NCBI GenBank assembly: GCA_047614525.1 | Contig: JBLHEU010000002.1 | Location: 1 to 46,470 of the forward strand | Direction of reading: 5' to 3' | DNA: 46,470 bases | From: Bacteroidia bacterium | Lineage (GTDB): Bacteria > Bacteroidota > Bacteroidia > UBA10329 | Part shown: piece after piece, positions 8,810 through 16,431 of the stretch | Layout of the letters: every line of letters starts with the position of its first letter | Numbering within the stretch: the first letter of the stretch is position 1 | The notes under the pieces: model-generated | What the model saw: only the letters and a program-made list of their open reading frames with translations | What the model was told of the DNA's origin: nothing | Database searches by the model: none | Program-made: the position numbers and the translations under genes

Positions 8810-9025
8810 ATGATGCATTACGGAGAGAGAATCAAATTATCTAAACGAGAAATAGAAGTTCTCCTTCCAGTTGCTTCAGGCAAACGAAGCATAGATATTG
8901 GAGATCTGCTTAGAATAAGCAAGCATACGGTAGATAACCATCGCAAGAATATGCTGCGTAAAACGGGCACTTCTGGCAGCATGCAACTGGTGGCTTGGGC
9001 TACTAAAGAAGGGCTATTAGTATGA
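8810..9025 (+). CDS. Stand-alone LuxR/GerE-type HTH protein
   Basis: LSKREIEVLLPVASGKRSIDIGDLLRISKHTVDNHRKNMLRKTG is a GerE HTH. The ATG at 8810 is preferred over the TTG at 8777. No receiver or ligand domain is present. Confidence 0.7.
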   Translation: MMHYGERIKLSKREIEVLLPVASGKRSIDIGDLLRISKHTVDNHRKNMLRKTGTSGSMQLVAWATKEGLLV

Positions 9026-9049
9026 TTAGCACATGGGTTTTGGATTCCT

Positions 9050-9196
9050 ATGGCAGCAAACTCTTCTCTTGAAGCAGTGAATAATCGATACTTTTCAATG
9101 AAAAACGAAGACCCAATAATTAAACTGCTGGCTATGATTTTGGCAGCCATCGCAACCGTAGCCATTATGTACTGGTTTAGCGGACCTAGTAATTAA
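9050..9196 (+). CDS. Possible 48-aa single-pass membrane peptide
   Basis: Hand-found ORF MAANSSLEAVNNRYFSMKNEDPIIKLLAMILAAIATVAIMYWFSGPSN, starting 24 nt after the LuxR-type gene. It has one C-terminal TM helix and no homology evidence. Confidence 0.25.
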   Translation: MAANSSLEAVNNRYFSMKNEDPIIKLLAMILAAIATVAIMYWFSGPSN

Positions 9197-9231
9197 GGCG
9201 TTCGCTTATTCAAGCACTCGTTTTTGATTTT

Positions 9232-10203
9232 CTAAGCCGCTAAAATATCGGCAAGCTTCAAGAAATCTTTATTCACCTTATCATGATGCTTTATAGCCTG
9301 CTCAAATGGAGTGTAGCACACTTCATTATTAACTATGCCAACCATAACCGATTGTTTGCCTTGAAGCAAAGCAGTTACCGCTTCATTGCCCAATTGGGAG
9401 GCTAGCATGCGGTCTAAAGCAGAAGGATTCCCTCCGCGTTGTTGATGACCAAGAATAGAAACTCGCGTATCGTAATGCGGCAAAGCTTTTACAACCTGTT
9501 CAGCTATTTTATACGCACCACCTGCATCATCGCCCTCGGCAACCATAATAATGCTGCTGCTTTTCTTTCTGGTATATGCAGCGGCTAGTTTCTCTATTAG
9601 CTGCTCTAAATCTGTATGCACTTCGGGAATTAGAATGGCCGCTGCTCCTACTCCAATACCCGAACGCAATGCTATAAGCCCAGCATCTTTTCCCATTACT
9701 TCCACAAAAAATAATCTGTCGTGAGATGCAGCCGTGTCTTTAATCTTATCTACCGCTTCTAGCACATTATTTAAAGCGGTGTCGTATCCAATGGTATAAT
9801 CGGTGCCCATTAAATCGTTGTCGATTGTTCCTGGTAAGCCGATGAATGGAATATTGAACTCTTCGGTAAATACTTTGGCACCAGCAAAAGTTCCATCTCC
9901 GCCAATTGCCACAACGCCTTCAATTCCGTGCTGCTTTAGGTTATCAAACGCCTTTTGTCTACCTGCCTTTGTAAAAAACTCTTTGCTGCGCGAAGATTTC
10001 AGAATCGTTCCTCCACGCTGTAGAATGTTCCCTACATCGTCAGAATCAAGCTGCTTAATTTGGTTTTCAATCATGCCTTGATAACCGTGCATAATGCCAT
10101 ATACCGTTAAACCATGATGCAAACAGGTTCTAACCACTGCTCGGATACATGCATTCATTCCAGGTGAATCTCCTCCGCTAGTAAAAACTGCAATAGATTT
10201 CAT
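9232..10203 (-). CDS. pfkA: ATP-dependent 6-phosphofructokinase
   Basis: IAVFTSGGDSPGMNACIRAVVR, AIGGDGTF, GLPGTIDND and MGKDAG/GHQQRGG motifs in the canonical order; 323 aa. Confidence 0.93.
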   Translation of the reverse strand: MKSIAVFTSGGDSPGMNACIRAVVRTCLHHGLTVYGIMHGYQGMIENQIKQLDSDDVGNILQRGGTILKSSRSKEFFTKAGRQKAFDNLKQHGIEGVVAIGGDGTFAGAKVFTEEFNIPFIGLPGTIDNDLMGTDYTIGYDTALNNVLEAVDKIKDTAASHDRLFFVEVMGKDAGLIALRSGIGVGAAAILIPEVHTDLEQLIEKLAAAYTRKKSSSIIMVAEGDDAGGAYKIAEQVVKALPHYDTRVSILGHQQRGGNPSALDRMLASQLGNEAVTALLQGKQSVMVGIVNNEVCYTPFEQAIKHHDKVNKDFLKLADILAA

Positions 10204-10322
10204 AGAGGTTGTTCCTAGTTTATTCGAGAATGTAAAAATGAACTACTTTTTGTAGTACGAAGCGGTTTGAGAAGCACAGCTTTGGTTGGATAAAACAACA
10301 TCTTGTCGAAATAAAGTTATGC

Positions 10323-10345
10323 GAAAAAGCCTGCCTTAAGCAGGT
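10323..10345 (-). terminator. Weak rho-independent terminator downstream of the SiaC-like gene
   Basis: On the minus strand: cctgc-ttaag-gcagg (5-bp stem) followed by CTTTTTCG. Confidence 0.35.
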
Positions 10346-10386
10346 CAATCCGCCAATCCGGCTTTAAACAACTTCTTAAGCTGGGT

Positions 10387-10764
10387 TTACAACTTGACAA
10401 CCTCAAAAGGCACTTTCACTACCTGTTTAAAAGATATTCCGTCTTCAATGTTATCCTCGTCATCAGATTCACATATCCAACGCACTGTAAACTGACTTCC
10501 TGATTTATTCAACTCATCGAGGCAATTAAAAATTGCCATTAACCGAATAAATGAACCTGTGTTATAATAGTCTAAAGCAACATCAAAATTACATGCCCGA
10601 TTCAAACCAATTGCATTGGCTCTCAACCAATCTATAACTGGTTGGTAAAATCCTTCGGTATTTTCTGGCATAGACCTTCCTTTGACAACGAACAAATCTT
10701 GCTGTAAATCGAACTTAATCTCTGGAGAGACATCTGTACTTTCAATGTATAAGGTTGTATCCAT
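10387..10764 (-). CDS. SiaC-family (DUF1987) regulatory protein
   Basis: 125 aa. TPEIKFD...GRSMPENTEGFYQPVIDWL...DYYNTGSFIRLMAIFNCLDEL...VRWICESDDEDNIEDG...PFE lines up motif-for-motif with my recollection of Pseudomonas SiaC. Confidence 0.8.
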   Translation of the reverse strand: MDTTLYIESTDVSPEIKFDLQQDLFVVKGRSMPENTEGFYQPVIDWLRANAIGLNRACNFDVALDYYNTGSFIRLMAIFNCLDELNKSGSQFTVRWICESDDEDNIEDGISFKQVVKVPFEVVKL

Positions 10765-10827
10765 ATAAACGATGTTCTAACTAATCAACGGAGATTTCAT
10801 CAAGATGTTCCACCGAAAATGGTCTTT

Positions 10828-12156
10828 TTACGATTTTAGACGAGGATCTAGTGCATCCCGTAACCCCTCACCCAATAGGTTATAAACCGTTACGGTGATG
10901 AAGATTGCAAATCCAGGGAAAATTACGAGCCACCAAGCTTGGAAAGCTTCTCTACCAGAACTGAGCAAAGAACCCCATGTAACTACGTCTGGCGGAACGC
11001 CAACTCCTAAGAAAGAAAGGCTAGACTCAATAAGAATGGCGGCAGCTACACCAAAGGCAATTGCCACAAACGCTGGTGCCACTCCATTTGGCAAAGCATG
11101 CTTAAAAATGATTCTTGCTTCGCTAAAACCAAGTGACTGACCTGCCTGAATGTATTCCAAGTTTCGAATCTTCAAGAACTCTGCTCTAGTAAATCTTGCA
11201 ATTCCTGTCCAACGTGTTAAACCAATAATTAGCATGAGGTTTACAATAGATGGCTTGGCCACCGCAGCGATTGAAATAATCAAAATCATTCCAGGAATGG
11301 AGATTAAAATTTCAATCATTCTAGAGATAATTGAGTCTACTGGAATGTTGGTTTTGCTTTTTAGTAATGGCAACTTACCTAACAATTTCCCAAGTAGGTT
11401 GAAGACGAAAAGAACCACTCCGAAAATCAATACACTAAGTGCTAACTGCAACAGTATGTCTAACCCAGAAGTTCCGATTGCGTCTGAAAGTACATCGCCA
11501 CGAATCATAAATCCGTAGTAATAGGCCATTACAACACCTATTAAGAACACCCAAAACTGCCCCCTAGTTGTTATCAACTTGTTGTCTCCAAAATATCCGG
11601 CCAATGCACCCATAACCAATCCAATTAGGGTTGCGATTCCCATAGATAGAATACCGATAGTCAACGAAATTCTGGAAGCGTGAATCAATCCTGAAAGAAC
11701 ATCCTCTCCTTTCTTATTGGTTCCTATCCTATGTCTAAATCTGCTTGGTATTTCCACTATTGCCCCAGATTTATCCTTGAAAAATTGTTCTCCTGAAGGC
11801 GACCGATAATCTGAGTTTAGAAAGTCGGATTTATTAGGCGCGTATGGAACAGGCGCCCAAATCACGCTTTCCAATTCCATCTGTTTCCACTTGGCAATAT
11901 CGAGCTGAATTTTCTTTACAGAACCATCCTCTAGAGGTAATTCGTAGTTGTTCTTAAAAGAAAATGCAGGAAATAATGTGTGCCCCTCGTACTTGGCATA
12001 TAGCGGCTGATCGTTGGCTATAATTGGAGCAAAAATGGCAATCATTGCTAGGGCTCCAAGTACCCACAAAGAGAAGTACGCTGGCTTGTTCTTCTTAAAC
12101 TGTGCCCAAGCGTACGCCTTAAAACTAAACGACTTATGTTCTTCCTTTCCGCTCAT
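10828..12156 (-). CDS. ABC transporter permease, OppC/DppC-like, with an enlarged periplasmic insert
   Basis: 442 aa. N-terminal FKKNKPAYFSLWVLG and a C-terminal BPD-type permease core (ARFTRAEFLKIRNLEYIQAGQSLGFSE). Confidence 0.85.
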   Translation of the reverse strand: MSGKEEHKSFSFKAYAWAQFKKNKPAYFSLWVLGALAMIAIFAPIIANDQPLYAKYEGHTLFPAFSFKNNYELPLEDGSVKKIQLDIAKWKQMELESVIWAPVPYAPNKSDFLNSDYRSPSGEQFFKDKSGAIVEIPSRFRHRIGTNKKGEDVLSGLIHASRISLTIGILSMGIATLIGLVMGALAGYFGDNKLITTRGQFWVFLIGVVMAYYYGFMIRGDVLSDAIGTSGLDILLQLALSVLIFGVVLFVFNLLGKLLGKLPLLKSKTNIPVDSIISRMIEILISIPGMILIISIAAVAKPSIVNLMLIIGLTRWTGIARFTRAEFLKIRNLEYIQAGQSLGFSEARIIFKHALPNGVAPAFVAIAFGVAAAILIESSLSFLGVGVPPDVVTWGSLLSSGREAFQAWWLVIFPGFAIFITVTVYNLLGEGLRDALDPRLKS

Positions 12157-13647
12157 CTATTTGTACGTGATTCGTGGATCAACAACCGCATAGAGAATGT
12201 CTGACACTAGATATCCAATTAGCGTAAGTACACCTGTAATGGTAAGAACCGTAATAATCATTGGGTAATTCTGATTAACAATGGCGTTAAACACTTCGCT
12301 ACCCATTCCTGGGATTGTAAAGATTACTTCCAGAATTACTGAACCACCAATTGCAACTGGGAATATGTTTGCAAACACTGTGATAATTGGAAGCAAGGCA
12401 TTTCTCAATCCGTGCTTATAAATTACCGTGTTCTCAGAAAGTCCTTTGGCACGTGCCGTTCGAATATAGTCTTGGTTGACAATCTCCAACATTGAAACAC
12501 GCATGGTTCTAGAAAGGAACGCAAATGAGCTATAGGTGTATGAGATAATTGGCAGTACCAAATACTCTGCTCTTGCCCCCCAAACATCGAAGATTGTTGC
12601 GTCTGGCGCAAACCCTCTAACTGGCTCTACACCAGAAGCTGGGAACCAGTGCAACACATCGGGGTTTGCGAAGGTCATCAACAATAAGGTAGCCAACCAG
12701 AAGCTAGGTACCGAGTACAGAACGAATAAAACAACGGTTGTTATTCGATCAAACCGTGAACCTTTATTAACTGCAGCTTTTATACCCAAGGGAATACTTA
12801 CGATGTACCCAAGCACAACGGAAATCATGGTAAAGAAAAAGGACCAGAATATCTTTATGGAGATAACTTCTTGAATAGGCATTTTGGTAGTATAACTGGT
12901 ACCAAAATCGCCTCTAATTACGCCTCTACTAAATTTAGAACCTGAACCAGTTAACCAATGTCCATCACCAAAAATCCAACGATGATATTGATTATTTGGA
13001 TAATAGTTAAGAGCAGGAACATACATTTTCCAAGGTGTTGCAGTGGATTGCACCTCCGCAAACTTGGCTTTTGCGATATCTAGTTTGTCGTTTAGTTTGA
13101 CCATGTATGGTGCTTCATACAAGGCCGATAATTTTTCAAACTTGGCCTCAATTACCACTGTACTATAAGAGGCTTTTAAGGAAGATGACTCGAAATAACT
13201 TTCGTTCATGTCTTCCTTCACTTTATCTAAAGGAAAACCACCAGCCATAGAACTGTCAATTTGAATCCCAGAATGAGCCTTATTCAAATCATCAAGAGAC
13301 GCAAATAATGCACTAATTGCCGGCCAATTGCCGTAAGTATTAGTCAGCCTAGATAACGACTCTCTTTCGTTACGATCGTAGATTTTATACAGTGTATCAC
13401 ATTGGGCAAGCGTGTTTAGACTCACATAGAAAATTGGTAAATCGAGACCTAACTTCTTACTCCAGAATTTCTTCTGTTCAACTTGATTAGCGGTTTGAGA
13501 ACCTATCTCTCCCCCTGCCTGAGCCGCAACTACCATGCGTTCAACTGGATCACCTGGTGCTGAAACCATAATTACAAACCCCAAGAGGGTAATTGCAACT
13601 AGTGTTGGGATGAACACAAAAACTCTACGAAGTATATACTTGAGCAT
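12157..13647 (-). CDS. ABC transporter permease, OppB/DppB-like, with an insert of about 200 aa after TM1
   Basis: 496 aa. MLKYILRRVFVFIPTLVAITLLGFVIMVSAPGDP start and YIRTARAKGLSENTVIYKHGLRNALLP core motif. Its stop abuts the start of the next permease gene. Confidence 0.85.
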   Translation of the reverse strand: MLKYILRRVFVFIPTLVAITLLGFVIMVSAPGDPVERMVVAAQAGGEIGSQTANQVEQKKFWSKKLGLDLPIFYVSLNTLAQCDTLYKIYDRNERESLSRLTNTYGNWPAISALFASLDDLNKAHSGIQIDSSMAGGFPLDKVKEDMNESYFESSSLKASYSTVVIEAKFEKLSALYEAPYMVKLNDKLDIAKAKFAEVQSTATPWKMYVPALNYYPNNQYHRWIFGDGHWLTGSGSKFSRGVIRGDFGTSYTTKMPIQEVISIKIFWSFFFTMISVVLGYIVSIPLGIKAAVNKGSRFDRITTVVLFVLYSVPSFWLATLLLMTFANPDVLHWFPASGVEPVRGFAPDATIFDVWGARAEYLVLPIISYTYSSFAFLSRTMRVSMLEIVNQDYIRTARAKGLSENTVIYKHGLRNALLPIITVFANIFPVAIGGSVILEVIFTIPGMGSEVFNAIVNQNYPMIITVLTITGVLTLIGYLVSDILYAVVDPRITYK

Positions 13648-13668
13648 GGGCCTGTCTAAACTGTATTA

Positions 13669-15567
13669 TCAGTTTGCTTCTGCTGCTGGGGCAGAAATGG
13701 CGCCATTAGCTAGCAATCTTAGGTTGCTGATTATAACACCCGGACGCTCGAAATACATATCTGCATTACCAAATCGTTTGTGTATTACGTTTCTTCTAGT
13801 AGATGCAAAAAAGAACACATAAGGCTGCTCATCGTACACCTTTTCCTGAAGTCTTTTAACCATTGGATGTCTCAAATCAGTATCAATTGTGTACTTAATT
13901 GAATCAATAAGAGCATCGGTACTTGCATCTCCAAAGCCAGTAAAGTTTGAACCTTTAGATGCCCAAGACTCCGTGTGCCAAATTTGTGTAAAATCTTCTG
14001 GTGCAGAAGAACCAGCCCATGCTGCCAACATGGCATCAAACTTATGATTACGAGCTCTGTCATAATGAACAGCAAAATCTAGTGGCGTAATGTTGCATTT
14101 CACTCCAGCTTCATACAATGCTTCAGCAATCATTTGTGCTTGATCTCTCCAAGTAACCTGAGTGGTCATATAATGAAGGTCAAATTCAAAAGACAGCTTT
14201 TCCCCATCAACAATCTTGTCAACAATATTGTCACCATCAGTATCGGTCCAACCAGCTTCCTCAAGTAAAGCCTTTGCACCTTCAAGGTCTCTATCAATTA
14301 AGGAAAGGTCAGTGTTGTATTCTTTTTTAAGTGGAGAAACAGGTCCAACCATTCGCTTGTTCTTCCCTTTATTCAATACAACATTCATTTCATCAACAGA
14401 AATAAGCATAGCAATAGCACGTCTTACTCTTTTATCATCAAAGAACTTCTTGTGCTCAATTCCATCTGGACGACAGTTGAATCCTAGATAAGAGTAGTTG
14501 TAGGTGTTGGTAAATCTTGAATGGTAGTTGTTGTTGAAGTTTTGGTCGTCTTGCAACTCCATCATCTTCTTGGTGGATAAATAAGTAGATGCATCCAAAG
14601 CCTGCGTTTTAAACTCAAGTGCTTGAGAGTTAGGGTCTGTGTTTATTTTGAAAATAATCCGCTCAGGATAAGACGTTTCGTACGCTGTAGGATTAGTCAA
14701 GTCTTGCGTGTAGTGACCCTCTTTTCTAACAAGTGTAAAAGACTGACCTGGTTTCCATTCTGAAAATCTGTATTGCCCCATTCCAACCAAAAACTCTGGT
14801 TTTCTACTGTACTTAGCATCGTTAAACTCTGTTGCCCAAGTATTAAGAGCTGCCTCAGAGTTAGTATCGAATTTAGAATCGTCAAACTGAGCAAACGAAT
14901 AACTTCTCATTGTCTTGCTTGGATCCCAGAAGGCCTCTTGAAGAAGCGGGTAATCTGTGAGGAAGAAAATGTTGTGAATGTATTTCTTCTTCATTTTAAG
15001 TGTGAACTTTCTTGGGTTCTCAGCATCGATAATAATCGCTTCTAAATTCTCTAAGTAGGGCTTAGCATGAGGATTATTTGTTAAGGGACATTTGTTTGCC
15101 ATAAATGTGAAGATTACGTCTTCCATAGAAAGCTGCGCTCCGTCATCCCACTTTGGATCATCTCTTAACTCGTATGTAAAAGACAATTCATCTTCAGAAA
15201 TTACAGGCCAATCTTTTACAACGTCTGGACGTGCATCTAGATTAATAATGTCACTAGACATGATGTACTTCTGAGTATATCCGTGTAAGAACGTTTTAGA
15301 AGCAGAGTTACCGTTTGTAGGGTGCATGTCATCGGGTTCACCGATAAAGTGATAAACAACCGTGTTCTCATCAGACCAAGTTGGGTCAACTTCGGCAGCA
15401 TCATCAATCTTAACGTAAGTAAGTGTGCCAACTTCCGCAATTGCGTCATCGCTAGTTGCGCCTCCTTCAGAAGTACTTGAGTTGCTACCGCAAGAAACAA
15501 GGCCAAACATTGCGCTCCCCAAGAAGGCTAATGCTGCAAACGATTTTCTATTCTCTTTTCTATACAT
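13669..15567 (-). CDS. ABC transporter substrate-binding lipoprotein (peptide/nickel, family 5 type)
   Basis: I chose the ATG at 15567, which gives a lipoprotein signal (MYRKENRKSFAALAFLGSAMFGLVSCGS). A -7 box at 15594..15601 lies inside the longer track ORF, which argues against that ORF. Size and overall pattern fit SBP_bac_5. Confidence 0.8.
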   Translation of the reverse strand: MYRKENRKSFAALAFLGSAMFGLVSCGSNSSTSEGGATSDDAIAEVGTLTYVKIDDAAEVDPTWSDENTVVYHFIGEPDDMHPTNGNSASKTFLHGYTQKYIMSSDIINLDARPDVVKDWPVISEDELSFTYELRDDPKWDDGAQLSMEDVIFTFMANKCPLTNNPHAKPYLENLEAIIIDAENPRKFTLKMKKKYIHNIFFLTDYPLLQEAFWDPSKTMRSYSFAQFDDSKFDTNSEAALNTWATEFNDAKYSRKPEFLVGMGQYRFSEWKPGQSFTLVRKEGHYTQDLTNPTAYETSYPERIIFKINTDPNSQALEFKTQALDASTYLSTKKMMELQDDQNFNNNYHSRFTNTYNYSYLGFNCRPDGIEHKKFFDDKRVRRAIAMLISVDEMNVVLNKGKNKRMVGPVSPLKKEYNTDLSLIDRDLEGAKALLEEAGWTDTDGDNIVDKIVDGEKLSFEFDLHYMTTQVTWRDQAQMIAEALYEAGVKCNITPLDFAVHYDRARNHKFDAMLAAWAGSSAPEDFTQIWHTESWASKGSNFTGFGDASTDALIDSIKYTIDTDLRHPMVKRLQEKVYDEQPYVFFFASTRRNVIHKRFGNADMYFERPGVIISNLRLLANGAISAPAAEAN

Positions 15568-15593
15568 AGATGTGTTCTGATTATTAAGGTGTG

Positions 15594-15601
15594 CAAATAT
15601 A
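15594..15601 (-). promoter_or_regulatory. Bacteroidota -7 box (TATATTTG on the minus strand) for the ABC importer operon
   Basis: Matches TAnnTTTG, 27 nt upstream of the ATG at 15567. Confidence 0.45.
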
Positions 15602-15702
15602 ACATTAGGCGGTAATTTCAATCAGAATTTGACAAGTCGAACAAGGTTTGAAAGTGATTGAAATTTTGATGCTTTTTCTGTTGGCTGGAGGAAAACTATT
15701 TA

Positions 15703-15710
15703 TACTTTTG
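15703..15710 (+). promoter_or_regulatory. Bacteroidota -7 box (TACTTTTG) upstream of the tRNA cluster
   Basis: Matches TAnnTTTG, 59 nt upstream of tRNA-Ser. A TTG lies at 15681..15683, 19 nt upstream of the box. Confidence 0.45.
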
Positions 15711-15768
15711 CACCCCGCTCTCAAAAAAGGTGTTTAGACGCCTTTTAGAAATTGGTTCTTTTAAACAT

Positions 15769-15858
<90 letters not shown>

Positions 15859-15917
15859 CAAGATATTGGGATGGTTTCCCAGATGCAATTGCAAGCATTG
15901 AAAGCCGGAAATTTTTT

Positions 15918-15992
15918 CGGGGTGTAGCGTAGCCCGGTTATCGCGCCTCGTTTGGGACGAGGAGGTCGCAGGTTCGAATCCTGCCACCCCGA
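15918..15992 (+). tRNA. tRNA-Pro (anticodon TGG)
   Basis: Acceptor cggggtg/caccccg, anticodon stem cctcg/cgagg with loop ttTGGga, T-loop gcagg-ttcgaat-cctgc. Confidence 0.9.
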
Positions 15993-15999
15993 CAAAAAA

Positions 16000-16031
16000 G
16001 GCCAACTTGGTTTACCTCGTTGGCCTTTTTT
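16000..16031 (+). terminator. Rho-independent terminator after tRNA-Pro
   Basis: ggccaac-N12-gttggcc followed by TTTTTT, with an A-run on the 5' side. Confidence 0.7.
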
Positions 16032-16064
16032 ATTACAATGTCACTTTCCCAAAAGGTGACAACC

Positions 16065-16138
16065 GGTCGCGTAGCTCAGCTGGATAGAGCATCTGCCTTC
16101 TAAGCAGACGGTCCCAGGTTCGAATCCTGGCGCGATCA
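16065..16138 (+). tRNA. tRNA-Arg (anticodon TCT)
   Basis: Acceptor ggtcgcg/cgcgatc (one G-U pair), D-loop agctcagctggatagagc, anticodon stem tctgc/gcaga with loop ctTCTaa, T-arm ccagg-ttcgaat-cctgg. Confidence 0.9.
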
Positions 16139-16149
16139 CTTGATAATCA

Positions 16150-16190
16150 AGCAGTTACACCGAAATACGGAGTGACTGCTTTTTTATTTT
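16150..16190 (+). terminator. Rho-independent terminator after tRNA-Arg
   Basis: aagcagttac...gtgactgct (9 bp including one G-U, extended by an inner ccg/cgg) followed by TTTTTTATTTT. Confidence 0.75.
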
Positions 16191-16390
16191 TAAGTGATTT
16201 GAAAGCGTTTAACCTCTACTCTATTTATTTACAGAAGTGCTTGATAGCCTTGTGGACTCGTTCGAATCCAAGTTTACCTGCCTTTTATCGGTTTCGGGTG
16301 GCAGCCATTGGCAATGGAGACCGACTTGGCCCTTACAGCCAAGAAGCCAGTTCTGTGGCACCCTGAACTTGTTGAACAGTAGCATTCATT

Positions 16391-16428
16391 GTCTCTTCCT
16401 AAAAAGGTTGGCTTTTTTAGGAAGAGAC
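16391..16428 (-). terminator. Long hairpin 3 nt downstream of the sphingomyelinase-like gene
   Basis: gtctcttcctaaaaag / cttttttaggaagagac, a stem of about 16 bp with one extra T. There is no separate U-tract, so terminator function is inferred from position only. Confidence 0.5.
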
Positions 16429-16431
16429 ACT

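Noticed and set aside
8818-9165. 115-aa minus-strand ORF
   Set aside because: It is antisense to the LuxR-type HTH gene, which has a clear GerE motif. The ORF has no motif content.
16260-16269. gttcgaatcc T-loop-like 10-mer about 120 nt after tRNA-Arg, as a possible tRNA fragment or att-site scar
   Set aside because: The surrounding bases do not form a T-stem or acceptor stem, and nothing beyond the 10-mer matches any of the three tRNAs. A chance match is plausible.
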